Counted from the first letter of the stretch, positions 26,162-42,012 are shown. The stretch: DNA of 64,000 nt from Eledone cirrhosa (GCA_964016885.1 OZ024745.1:87420001-87484000), one strand, 5' to 3'. A program made the numbers and translations. Notes: generated by a model from the sequence alone, not told the origin.

Positions 26162-29100
26162 TATCTTTATTGGCCACAAGGGCTGACATGAAAGAAAAAC
26201 ATTACTCACGGCACCGAACGGTTCAGGACGGTACGATGTGGGTTTTGTACGTGTAAAGATTTTTATTATTTATATAGGAAAAGAAAAAAAGGACATAGAA
26301 ACATATATATATTTCAACAATACAAATGAAAATTGAAACAATGAAAAATTCCTCAACAGGGGGGAAACTTCCGAGTGTTACTCGTGGCGAAAACTACACA
26401 AAAGACCACTACAAGCCTGACCACCAGGGCAAGCGCCCTCTCTCAATTTTTCCATTTCTCAAACTACAGGCGTATATTCAGAGCGGTCCCGTTCACTCGG
26501 ACCATTCTCGCTACATTAACCAACTTTCAACAAACTTGCTAGAAAACAGCACTTGCCTCTCCACCCTGATTTTCCTCTTCAAGTAAAACTTGTAAAAGTT
26601 AATCAGAGATTCGCCGAAGAGGAAAGTGTCTCTCTTTAACCATTTCAACCTTGTCCACCACACAATCTCTTTTACCATGGCCACCAGGCAGTTGAAAACC
26701 GCCTTCCCTTCGTCCTCGAAGGAAGACGGCGAGACCATCTTCCCAATGGACTCAGTTGAAAACCGGATCGGTACTACACGCGACAGCAACTGTTCGACAT
26801 AGCTCCACAAGTCAGCAATGCTCGCGCACTGAACGAGTGCGTGCACGACGGTTTCGTCGCTCTGTGCGCATCTCGGACAGGCTCGGCTGACGGCATTTCC
26901 GTGCCTGTAGAGCTTATCTCGAACCTCTATAGAACGCCGAGGTGTATGTTCCACCGATACTGGTGCCCAGCTGGTAGAGAGCAGTGAGCGCCTGGAGACA
27001 TTCCAGTTTCAAAGCGCTATCCCTCGGTCTTTTCCTGACCCAGGACTGCAGCTCCGTCAAGGAGACGAGCTGTGGGTAAACGTGCCTGGCGAACGGCGAC
27101 CACATCTGTTCACTGTCAAGGAAGCACCAGAGATGTCGCAACCTCAGCGCATGTTTGCCCATCATCAGCCATGGCAAGCCCAGTCCTCCACACAACGGGT
27201 GACGACAGAAGATGGATCGTCTGACCATGGGAGCGCGTCCCTTCGAGAAAAAGCGGAAGAGGAGGCGCTGCATTTTGGAGAGAGTTGGGCCGGGGCAATG
27301 GACGACGGTGAGGTGGTAGCAGATGACGGATGCGATGTACGCATTCGCCACCCCCTCCCGGCCTTTCAGGGACAGCTTCCTCTCGGTCCATTTCTGGGTG
27401 AGGGAGGCCACCCTGCCCATCACCTCACTCCAGTTTTTCTTCATCTGGAGGTCCGGTCCGAACCAGACCCCTAGCAATTCAACCGGTCCGTCAGTCCGAC
27501 GCCCCACGACACTGTCGGACGGCATGGATTGCCTCTCCAGGTGCCGAGCTGCAAGCCCACCGACTTTTCCTTGTTTATCTTTGCTCCTGTCACCGCTTCG
27601 TATTCCTTGAGAGCGGTGCCGAGCATCTGGACGTGTCTGGTGCTCTCCACGACCATGGTAATGTTGTCGGCGTAAGCCGACTTGGAATTCCAGTATCCTA
27701 GTTTGCGTGGGACGCCCCTCATCGCCCCCAGTTTGTGCATTAACGGCTGCAGAGCCAATACGTACAAGAGGGACGAGGACGGACAACCCTGGCGACCAAG
27801 CGCATGATGCTGAACGGCTACGACAGGTGACCATTCACCCTCACAACTGAGCAGATGTCGCTGTACACCGCAGCAATCCAACCCCTGAAAACGGACCCGA
27901 AACCGGCTGCCTCGAGGGACTGCCGCCAGGTACCGATGATCGACCCTATCGAATGCTTTGTATTGATCCAAATTGATCAGGGCCCCACCCGTGCCAGGTT
28001 CTTTAACCACCCTCTCTACGATGTATCGCATGAGGTGGATCTGTCCGGAATGGCGCATGTATGCGCCTCTCCATCGAGACCCTCGAAGACAAGCACCAAA
28101 CTCGTTGCTAACACCTTGGCCAAAATCTTGAACTTTGCGTTTATGGGCCTGACATTATCGATAACATACCCCTTGTTCGGGTATATTCTCAGCAGCGCCA
28201 CTGCTCTCCGGCTCACAAAACTGGGAATGCTCCCTTCTGCAGCCAGTTGCAGTAGACGTCTGCCAAGAGGTCACCGAACAAGTCTGGCATAAATGCACAA
28301 AGCTCGTAGGGCAGACCATCCAAACCTGGCGATTTACCCTCGTGCAGTTAACCATAGCTTCCCGTTTTTCACAGGCTGTTATTGGCTTTTCGCAACATTG
28401 TGCTGCGGTCGTTGAGAGCCGAGGCAGTCCGTCGAGGTATGCACTGAAGTCCATACCCCGATCCGGGCCGCCGCTGATCCCGAACACTTCAGCAAAGTGC
28501 TGCTGAAAAGCTTCACACATCTGCTCGGGTTCGAGCAACACGTGCCCGTTTTGGTCAGATAAAGACCGAATTGTGGGAGTGTTGCCACGACGCGCCTCTG
28601 CCACCCGGGCCCATTGGACGGCTTTTGTCCCCTCGTGTTTCAGAGCACGAGCTCTAGCTCTGACAACGCAGCCTTCGTGTTTTGCGTTGAAGAATCGGTC
28701 GAGTGCCAATCTCGCCGCAAGAACGACTGTTACTATGCCTGTCCTAACCGCCTCTTCTAGCTTTCTCACCAGCTCTCCCTCTACTCTATTTTCCTCTATC
28801 ACAAGTCCTTTGCTAAACCTAATCGACTCTACTTTAATTGCCCTTTTCAGGCCGAACCACCACCTGTTGTTGACGACCGCTCCCGTCAACACCCGCTTAA
28901 CTAATACGCTAATCCGGTCTCTGTAGGCTTGGCGCGCCGGGAAAGACACGTTCAGCTTACAGCAACCGGGTCCTTGTCTATGAAGTGTGTCTATGTCGAT
29001 CTCTCAGATCACAAATTTGTGATCTGTGTAGTCGACTATTTTAAATTGTGGACAACTTATACTAGCCTTATCTAGTTCTCTTCAGAATACCCTATTGAGA

Positions 29101-32049
29101 TACGATCTGGATGACCCGATGCGGTTTGTCCATGTCCACATTGGCACATTCGGGTGATCCAGTGGATACCTGCCATACAGTTCAAAACGACTCTGCAGGT
29201 TGTTGAGGCTTTTATACCCTCCTGCCCAGTCTACTAGCCCCACACAATCCCAGCATGCATCCAAGATACCGTTCCAGTCACCCACTAACAATAAAGAGCG
29301 GGACGTTCCAAGAAAGGTCTCTAGACCTCTGAAGAAATCTGGCCGTCCTGTCCCTGTCGGGGCATAGACGGCTACTAGACTGAAAGCGTTGCCTTCGGTG
29401 CCGCTTACGTCCAGCACCACCGACTTACCTTCTGGGTCCAGGAAGATGGTCCGTATGGCGCGACCCAAGCCTTTCCGAAACAACACAGCCACTCCGCCCC
29501 CCGCTCCCGGACGGCTTGGCGATACGTACACCTCGTAACCGTCGAAGATCGGTGCAAAAGCTTGCGTTTCGGAGATTCCCGTCTCGCTGATGGCCACGAC
29601 ATCTATGTTTAGTGACCTGAGGTCGTTAAGCAGGTGACGCTGCTTCCAAACCGAGCTCAAATCACGCACATTTACACTTCCGATCCTGAATACGGCCATG
29701 TTGGGTGAGGAACGGGGAAAGTGAGAAAGAATCACTTACCTTGATCGTCTGGTGTAGGGACCATTGATTCGTCCCTTCGGCTGGTCGTCGGCTCTTCTGT
29801 GAGTATATCCGAGTATACTCTCCGGTTGAGTATCCCTCCTAGGTCTCTGAAATCACCAACTGCTTTGGGGAATTTCATTTTAATCTTTGTGTATTGTTTC
29901 TGTGATATTCTTGCCAGTCTTATGTTCGTTGGTGTTTTGATTGGTGCTGGTATTATGTAGTCGTGCTGTGAAATGTCTGTGTGTTCAATTATGTAAGTCA
30001 TTAGTTTCTTGTGTGTATTTATTGCTGTGCATTTCTTTTTCTGGGGGTGAGGTGTGGTTCTGCTATTTTCTTGTCGTTGTTGCTGGGTGTGTGTGTTTTA
30101 TTGTTGTGTTTGCGATGCTGGTGCTTGTGGTGGTGTTGTTGAAGGTGTTGTTGTTGGCGGTGGGGTTGCCGCCGGTGGTGATGATAGTGCTAGTGTGGGT
30201 GGTGATGGTGTTGGTGGTGTTGCTCCTGTAAGTCTCTTTGCAGTAGCCTTCACCCTTTTTTCATTTCTTCCCTCCCTTTTCGAAGGCGGCGATGCGCTGC
30301 TTCTGCGTTTGTGCCTTCTTGCGACCTTTTTCCACCCCTCTCCCACCTCACACTCCATGTCCGATTCTGTGAGGTCGGGGAGGGGTACCAGCTCGACTCT
30401 TTCACTTGTTCTTGTTGGTGATGATTGCAGTGGAGTCTCTGTTGCAGCTGCAGTTGGTATTAATGTTGTTGTTAATACTTCCACTGCTGTTGCAGTTCTT
30501 GATTTCCGTGGCGTGGGTATGGGTGCCACAGACCTATCGTTCCTACTTGCCGCTTGTCCTGTTGCTGGTAGCAGTGGAGCCGGTTTCGAAAGGAGGGGGG
30601 TTTTCTCCTTTCTCGGGGTCTTCTCATTGCAGAAGGACCTGAGGTGAGTCTTCGACCCACAGTGAAAGCATTTCGGGCGTTTGCCTTCAACACTTATGGG
30701 AAGTTGAGTGCTGTTATCGAAGTCTATCACATCCGGGATAGCTTCGATGCACTCCTGGTTGGTTTGAATTAACATCTCAATGCAGGCGCCGACCCAATCT
30801 TCTCGTACTTTTTTCTGTACTTGCAGTACGGTTATTTTGTCCTCGATTCCAACGAGGACAAACGCGGCCAGCCAAGAAGGGGCCATCCCGGGGGTGGGGG
30901 GTGGGGGGGGGGAACTTGGGTCAGTCTGACCCTCACAATTTTTTGCCCGCAGTAGGAGGGCACCAACACCATTTCCTCGCTCCTTAGGGTTACTAAGGAT
31001 TGAGCCTTTGCCTGCTGGTGTGTGGCAAAAAACACGTCCACGGTTGCATATTTATTGCCTCGGGCGATATGCGTTTTCCCCTGCCACACAGACCCTAAGG
31101 CTTTTTGTATTTGAGCCTCTGTGGCTCTTTCAACACTACGTCATTTTGTGCTTACTGTACGGTACGTGACCGTACGGTGCTGTTGGGTTTCGAAAAATTC
31201 TTCGGCTGCCTTGCAGATTGCTCGGTGTCCGATTTTCCTCACCATCTTCCTTGCTTCCTGTAATTCCTCATTTGTTATAAGGATGGTTTCCAGGTTCTTT
31301 GCGATACCTGCAAACGAGATTGGTTTTTCTTTCTTGTTGCTGTTGTCGTCAGAGCTGCTGTTACTTTTGTTGTTGCTGTTGGTAACACGGCCGCCGCCGC
31401 CGCTGTTGCGGCTGTTATTGTTGTTGTTGCTGCTGCTGCTGCTGCTGTTGATGTTTATGCTGCTGTTGATGTTGTGGCGGCTGCTACTAGTATTTTCCTC
31501 GCCACTGTTGCTGCTGCTGCTGTTATTACGGCTGCTGCTATTCTTCATGACGTCAGACGAAAGACATGGCTTTCCGTATTTACCATACACATCTTTCGTC
31601 GTTGTCGTCGTCATGGAGAAATGTTCCACGGTACGCGCGTTCTCTTGATGAAGAACGCTACGAGAAACTACATTTTTCTTTTTCTTTAATGGCGTCGCTT
31701 GCGAAAGAGGTGACAAAGGCGACACCACATTTAGAGAAGGGGGGAGACAATATTTTCTCTGACGTAATGACGATTGGGGAAGAAGAAGACGGAAGGAGTG
31801 GGAGTGACTTGAGAAAATTCTTTTTTGTAGCCATGTTTTTTTACGGTTTAAAATGAATATTGGGCACAAATCCCCCATAACTAGTTATTTAACCCCGAAG
31901 GGCCAAATAACGGGCAGAAAGACCTCTCTCACGAGGAGGAGGGTGTCTTTATCTACAATTTGGTTCAAGTTTTAAACAATTTACAATTGTTATAACGGTT
32001 AAAATTTACAATAAATTACAGAGCCGAGCCTCCGTCAACCATGGCATTC
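26160..32049 (-). mobile_element. Tx1-type element, full-length copy C, degraded
   Basis: ORF1 ~31834-29732 and ORF2 from 29699, both with stops, frameshifts and deletions. 5' end matches copy B. (AAT)n on both sides. Confidence 0.9.
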
Positions 32050-32079
<30 letters not shown>

Positions 32080-32081
<2 letters not shown>

Positions 32082-35000
32082 TGATTTCTTTATTGGCCAC
32101 AAGGGCTGACATCAAGAAAAATATTACAGACGGCACAGGACGGTACAGGACGGTACGATGTGGGTTTTGTCCGTGTAAAAATTTTTATTATTTATATAAG
32201 AAGCGAAAAAGAAAAAAGACATAGAAACATATATATATATATATATATAAAGAATAAAAATGAAAATTCAACCAATGAAAAATTCTCCAATAGGGGGGAA
32301 GCCTCCGAGGGTTACTCGTGGCGAAAACCTCACAGAAGACCACGGCCACCCTGACCACCAGGGCAAGCGCCCTCTCTCAATGTTTCCCCATTCCTCAAAC
32401 TACAAGCGTATATTCAGAGCGGTCCCGTTCACTGGGACCATTCTGGCTACATTCACCCACTTTCTAGAAAACAGCACTTGCCTCTCCACCCTGATTTTCC
32501 TCTTCAAGTGAAAAAGTTAATCAGGGGTCGCCGAAGAGGAAAGTGTCTCTCTTTAAACCTTTCAACCATGTCCACCACACAATCTCTTTCGCCATGGCCA
32601 CTAGGTAGATGAAAACCGCCTTCCCTTCCTCCGCGAAGGAAGACGGCGAGACCATCTGCCCAATGGACTCAGTCGAAAACCGGATCGGCCCTACACGAGA
32701 CAGCATCTGTTCGACATAGCTCCAAAAATCAGAAAAGCTCGGGCACTGAACGAGTGCGTGCAGGACGCTTTCGTCTCCCTGTGCGCATCTCGGACAGGCT
32801 CGCCTGACATCACTTCCGTGCCTGTAGAGTTTATCTCGAACCGGCAAAGCTCCTGTTCACCGTCAAGGAAGCACCAGAGATGTCGCAGCCTCAGCGCATG
32901 TTTGCGCATCATCAGCCAAGGCATGCCCAGTCCTCCACGCAACGGGTGTTGACAGCAGATGGATCGTCTGACCATGGGAGCGCGTCCCTTCCACAAAAAG
33001 TGGGAGAAGAGGCGCTCCATTTTGGTGAGAGTTGGGCCCGGGAAAGTTGATCAGGGCCCCATCCGTGCCAGGTTCCTTAACCACCCTCTCTACGATGTAT
33101 CGCATGAGCTGGAGGTTGTCGTGTATGGATCTGTCCGGAATGGCGCACGTATGCGCCTCTCCCACGAGACCCTCGACGACAAGCGCCAAACTCGTTGCTA
33201 ACACCTTGGCCAAAATCTTGAACTCTGGGTTCAGCAGAGTTATGGGCCTTAAGTTATCGATAACATCCCCTTGTTCGGGTCTTTTCTCAGCAGCGCCACC
33301 GCACCCCGGCTCACAAAACTGGGAATGCTCCCGTTCTGCTGCCAGTTGCAGTAGACATCTGCCAAGAGGTCGCCGAACAAGTCTGGCATATACGCATAAA
33401 GCTCGTAACGCAGACCATCCAAACCTGGCGATTTACCCCTCGTGCAGTCAGACATCGCTTCTCGTATTTCACCTGCTGTTATCGGCTTTTTGCAGCACTG
33501 CGCTGCGGTCGTCAAAAGCCGCGGCACTCCGTCGAGGTATGCACCAAAGTCCATACCCCGATCCGGCCCGCCGTCGCTCCCGAACAATTGAGCAAAGTGC
33601 TGTTGAAAACCCGCACACATCTGCTCGAGTTCGAGCAACATGTGCCCGTTTTGATTAGGCAAAGACCGAATAGTGGACCTGTTGCTACGTCGCGCCTCCA
33701 TCACCTGTACCATTAAACGGCTTTCGTGCCCCCGTGTGTCTCAGGGCACGCGCTCTAGCTCTGACAACGCAGCCTTCATGCTTTACTTTGAAGAATTGGT
33801 CGCGTGCCAATCTCGCTGCAAGCTCGTGGTTGCGATGCCTGTCATAAACGCCTCTTCTAGTTTTCTAACTAACTCTCCCTCTACTCTATCACTACTCCTT
33901 TGATAAATCTTATCGATTCCTCCCTAATAGCCCTTTTCAGGCTAAAGCACCACCTGTTGTTGACGATCGCACTCGTCAACGCACGCTTAACTAATTCGCT
34001 AATCCGGTCTCTGTAAGGTTTGCGCGCCGGGAACGATGAGTTCAGCTTGCAGTAGCCGTGCCCTTGCCTATGGCGTCTATTTAAATAAACTTCACAGATC
34101 ACAAATTTGTGGTCCGTGTAGTAGACTACTTTAATATGTGGTCAGCCTACACCAGCCTTATCTGTTTCCCTATAGAATACCCTATCTAAATACGATCTAG
34201 ATGACCCGATGCGGTTTGCCTATGTCCACCTTGGCACATTCGGGTGATCCAGTCTATACCTGTCAGACAGTTCAAAACGTCTGAGCAGGTTGTTGAGGAT
34301 TTTACACCACTGCCCTGTCTACTAGTCCTACATACTCCCAGCGTGCATCTAAGATACCGTTTCAGTCGCACACTAACACTAAGAGCGGGACGTTCCAAGA
34401 AAGGTGTCTAGACGTCTGAAGAAATCTGGCCGTCCTGGTCCTGTTGGGCCGTAGACGGCTACTAGTCTGAAAGCGTTGCCTTCGCTGCCGGTCACCTCCA
34501 GCACTACCGACTTACCTTCTGGGTCCAGGAAGATGGCCCGTATGGCGAGATCCAAGCTTCACCGAAAAAGCACGGCAAACCTTCCCCTCGTTCCTGGACG
34601 GCTGGGAGATGCGTATACAACGTAGCCGCCGAAGATCGGTGAGAAGGCTCGTGCTTCGGAGATTCTGGTCTCGCTGATGGCCACCACATCTATGTTTAAT
34701 GACCTGAGGTTGTTGAGAAGGTGACCCTGCTTCCAAGATGACCCCAGGAGACGTACATGTATACAGCCTGATCTAAGTACGGCCATGTTGGATGAGAAAC
34801 GGGGTAAGTGAGAAAGGATCACCTACCTTCATCGTGTGGTGAAGGGACAGTAGAAACGTCCCTTTGGCTGGTCATGGGTGCTTCCAAGAGGATGTCAGTG
34901 TATATCCTCTTGGTAACCGACCCTCTAAAGTATCCAACTGCGTTGGCGAATTTTTCTTTTAACAGTTTGTACTGTTCTATTTTGATTTCAATTAAGTTTA

Positions 35001-36800
35001 GGTTTTTCGGGAGAGTCTTAGTGTTGGTGGGTGTAGTAGTTTTTTTTTCTGTGATGTCCGTGTGCTGCTTTATATGTTGTAAGAGTTCTTTATTTGCCAT
35101 GTTTATGGCTGTGTACTTTTTGAGGGGAGGGGTAATTTTGTTGCTGTTTTCTTGTTGTTGCTATTGGGTGTGTGTGTTTAGTTGTGTTTGCGATATTGGT
35201 GTTTTTGGTGATGCTGGTGGTGGTGTGGTTTTTGTTGGTGGTGATGCTTGTGGTGGTGGTGTTGCTGAAAGTCTCCTCGCAGCCTTTCCCCCTCTTTGTC
35301 TGCCTTCGCTTTTGGAGGGTGAATCTAAAGGGTTTTTCCCTTTTTGTTTTTTGTGGCAGACCGTTTCCCACTTCCCTCCCGCCTCATACTCTATGTCGGA
35401 TTCCGTGGCGTCTGGGAGGGCTATGAGCTCCACTGCTGTTGGTGGTGGTAGTGGAGCCCGCTCCGGCGATTTTGCCGCCGGTGTAGCTAATGCAATTGTT
35501 GGTGTTGCCGCCACTGCTGCCGCTGCTTTAGTTGTCCGTGGACTTCGTATGGGTGCCACGGACGTTGCCCTCCTACTCACCATGGAAGGGTCTTCTGCCT
35601 CTGTTGCCTGCCCTGCTCTTGGTAGCAGCGGATCAGGCGTCGCAAGGAGCGAGGCCCTCTTCGCGGTAGTGTCCTGTGGGCCGAAGACCATGAGGTGACT
35701 CCTCTGTCCACAGAGATAGCACTTTGGGCGCCTTCCTTCCACGCTTATAGAGAGTTGGTGTCGTTCTTCGAGGTCTATGATGACTGGGGTGTCTGTATTA
35801 GCATTTGCATGCCTATTCCTGACCAGTTCTCTCTTCCCATTTTCTGTATTTGCAGTATAATGGTATTCTCCTCGATTCAAGCCAGTACAGATGCGGCCAT
35901 CCAAGGTATGGGCAGTTGGGCGGGACCTGGGTCACGTTGACCCTCACCACTTTCGCCCGCAGTAGGAGGGCACCAAGATTATCTCCTCACTCTTTAGGGT
36001 TTCCAAAGTGTGAGACTTCACCTCTTGGGGGGTTGGCGAAATGTACGTCTACTGCGGCGTACTTTTTGCCTCGGGCGAGGTGGATTTTGCGCACCCAGAC
36101 GCACCACAAGGCCTTTTGAATTTGAGCCTCCATGGCTCTCTCCACCCGATGTAACATTTTGTTTACGGTGCGGTAAGTCACCGTGCGGTAGTTGCTGGTC
36201 TTTGAAGAAATCGAGTGGAGGCTTCAGGGAAACTCTATTGTAATTCTTTGACACCATGGCACTTGCGACTGCCATCTCCTCCTCCATGACTAGCACTGTC
36301 TCTATATTTCGGGCCACGCCTGCGAAAGAAGTGGCCCATTTTTCAACGGCACCATTATTGCTCTCACTACTGCTGCTACTGGTATTGTTGTTGCTGCTGT
36401 TGCTGTTATCACTACTGGTATTGTTGTTTGTGTTGTTGCTGTTATCACTGTTGTAGTTGGTTGTGTTTTTGGTGCCACCATTGTTGTTGTTTTCGGTGCA
36501 ATTTGTATTGTTGCTGTTGGTGTTGTCGTTGTTTATTTTCTTGTTAGTGTTGTTAATATCGTTTCTGCATTTGTTCTCAATGTTTTCTGTTGTCTGTATT
36601 TTGGTTGACGCTGCTATTGTTGTAGTTGGTGTGGTAATTTAAAAAAAAATAGTGTTCTCAGTTTTGTTGTCTTTTTTCACCTTGTTTGTGGTGGTGTTTG
36701 TTGTATGAATTTCTGTAACCCTCCTCTCAACTTTTACGCCGTTGTCACACGACAGCAGACATATTGCTGGGGGCGTGGCTCAGCCATGATATTTTTAATT
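32080..36800 (-). mobile_element. Tx1-type element, copy D, internally deleted, with a third ORF1 type
   Basis: 3' UTR resembles C. APE/RT remnants run from 34786. ORF1 contains CYLCGQRSHL. Deletions at ~32852 and ~33043. Confidence 0.88.
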
Positions 36801-37520
36801 CATCAACCGCATGCAGTTCTCTGGCTACAACCAAAGAGACAGAATCAGAGTATACAAAGGAGCCACGGAGAAGTATAAGACCCTCATAGAACTGGACATG
36901 ATAGGAATTTGCCCATTATACAGGAGCAAATCATGGAATAGCTTAGATAGGACTAAACATATGATAGGGAAAGCTACCACATGGTACGACAACCAGAGAT
37001 ACCAGAATGTCATGTTTGTAGACTCTAGCCCTGGAGGGAAATTAGCTAACCAGTGTAGAAAGGTCGAGAAAGACCCACTTAAAGATTAAACTGGTAAAAA
37101 AACCAGGAACTACCATAAAATCCCTGATCAGCAAAACATACCCTTTTAAGAAAACCCACTGTACTAAAAGGAAATGTGTTATGTGGAAAGTAAACGCCCA
37201 GATAAACTGTAAAACTAGAAACGTAGTCTTTAGCATAAGATCTCCAGAGGGTACTTCCAGAAACATGACAACATACATAGGCGAAACAGCTCGTAGCATA
37301 GGAGAAAGGATAGACCAACACTGAGGGGGGGGGGGATTAAAAGGACGAAAAAACGGTTCAGTACTATACGAACACGTCAGACAACAACATGACGGTAACA
37401 TAGACAACATAGAAATTAAAATAATATCTAAACATAGAAATGACCCAGCAGATACGCAAATCAGAGAGGTAAGCGAAATAGAGCTAAGAAGGCCAAAGCT
37501 AAACAGAAAAAAATGAATGG
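36801..37520 (+). pseudogene. PLE C-terminal linker + GIY-YIG endonuclease fragment
   Basis: CPLYRSKSW..WY..VMFVDSSPGGKLA, then NCKTRNVVFSI..TYIGETARSIGERIDQH..VLYEHV..QIREVSEIELRRPKLN. Confidence 0.8.
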
Positions 37521-38212
37521 AATAACAACACCCAAACAAACAATACTGATGTAAGAGAAATATCAATAAATAAATAAATAAATAAATATATACACAAGCA
37601 CAATAACAACAAACAAATATAAACACACACTAGTAAACTAACATAGAATACAATAACTAAAACACAGTCACCCAAACGCGAAAACACACCAAAAACTACA
37701 CACACAAGCAAACGCATGCGCAGATAAGAAGACAAAAATAAATAAATAAATAAACAGATAAAATAAAAATGGCGTAGATATACAATACAAGAGGAGGAAC
37801 ATAATAGTACCACTGATGATGTTACAGATGTGCAAAGAAAGAACTTTGTTAGACTATATATATGTGTTTATATCTATATTATATCTGTATTTTTGACCGT
37901 TGGTCAGTCGTGGCAAACATTGAGGATTGAATGAATTAAATGTGGAGATATAAAAGATACAGAAGTGAGAACCAACCAAACAGTGAGTGTGTTCTGTTAT
38001 TTGTTACAATATTATTACAACAATATGACCCTCCCCAAGATAACAATATATATATATATATATATACATACATATATACACATACATATATACATATACA
38101 TATGTACAAATATATGTGTGAATGAATATATATATATATTTATATATATATATGCGGAGAGAGAGAGAGAGAGTGAGTGTAAGAGAGAGAGAGAGTGAAA
38201 TAATGAAATATT

Positions 38213-40440
<2,228 letters not shown>

Positions 40441-40594
40441 TTGACTCTGTATTCCGTTTATCTTTCACCGAAAGTGATTTTTCATTGCATCTCTTCTTTC
40501 CATGATATCCGGATTACATTGAGTTCTTCATACGGATTGGACACTACCGTAAACTCTTGGTAGATTTATCTACATATATATATATATATATATG

Positions 40595-40655
<61 letters not shown>

Positions 40656-41825
40656 ATAATAATACATTTGAAGACTAAAATCCAACGAGGGCTCGATAAG
40701 GAAAATATATATCAAATATATAAGAACCGTAGAGCAAATATTTATTAAAATAACAGATTAAAGTTTAAGCAAAGAATCGCTGCTTTCACCCTTAACGGGA
40801 TCTTCTGAAACTAACAAAGTCAATCTGTAAACGCAGAACTGGATATTTCAAAAAACGTTGCAACCGGAGGAAGACAGGAAGACGATACTTTGGTTCGTGG
40901 TAACGTTCGCTGGCAAAGAACGGGAAAAAACGAATAATACGTCATTAATAGGAGCGGTGAAAAACAATTACGCGCAAAGACAGAACCACGTTTATGGTAT
41001 AAAAGAGGTCGTAGACTAATGTTCTCTTAGGTGGTGCATAGAGTCGTTCTCTGGCAATGAACGAAAAAACGAAGATAATAAGTCAAATGTGGAGCGTGGA
41101 GAACAATAGCACGCAAAGACAAAATCACCGCCAATAGTTTCAAGCAGCGTCTTAACATGCATACCCATTCTTTTCGTTTCCCTCTTAGAAGGAATAGGAC
41201 GTCACTTTCAGCTTATATCTGGAGTCTAAAAGACAACCACACCCAATATAAGTTACACTGGGAGATCCTAGCTAGGGCTAGATCGTATGACGGAAATAAA
41301 AGACCATGTGACCTCTGCGCCGCTGAGGCCCTGGAAATACTCTACGCCACAGACCACATCTTAAACAAAAAATCTGAGGCAATTTCGGCTTGTAAACATA
41401 AATTGCACAACACTTTCCTGTATTACAGCCCCACGATATACCCTAACGGATAGCACGATCTATACGTGGATATTTTACGTCTTGATGTGGGAGCTAAGTA
41501 TATGTTTGTTTATTCCTTTACTTATTTGCATAGGTAAGTATATATTACCCGTATGTTTTGTGAAGCTAGTTAGAATTTTGGTCTCCTAGTTAGAATTTTA
41601 GTCTACAACTTCTGCTATACCATTTACGTGGTTTTGTCTTTGCGTGCTATTGTTCTCCACGCTCCACATATGACTTATTATCTTCGTTTTTTCGTTCATT
41701 GCCAGAGAACGTCTCTATGCACCACCTAAGAGAACATTAGTCTACGACCTCTTTTATACCATAAACGTGGTTCTGTCTTTGCGCGTAATTGTTTTTCACC
41801 GCTCCTATTAATGACGTATTATTCG

Positions 41826-41886
41826 ATTAAATAAAGTACCAGTAATGAACTGGGTAATTGCTGGCCTTGTGCCTAAAGTAGAAACA
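41826..41886 (+). mobile_element. 5'-truncated SINE with an 8-bp TSD, inserted in one PLE repeat arm
   Basis: TSD ATTATTCG at 41818-41825 and 41887-41894. The other arm (~40930) shows the empty site. Confidence 0.9.
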
Positions 41887-42012
41887 ATTATTCGTTTTTC
41901 CCCGTTCTTTGCCAGCGAACGTTTCCACGAACCAAAGTATCGTCTTCCTGTCTTCCTCCGGTTGCAACGTTTTTTGAAATATCCAGTTCTGCGTTTACAG
42001 ATTGACTTTGTT

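Noticed and set aside
33035-33050. Second large deletion in D, and the 16-bp deletion in C at ~28035, as splice events
   Set aside because: The ends are not GT-AG; short microhomologies (TT, TGGA) explain them.
37804-37858. CTGATGA...GAAA downstream of the GIY-YIG fragment, and similar motifs at ~44447 and ~51966
   Set aside because: Stems or cores are too degenerate to call as ribozymes.
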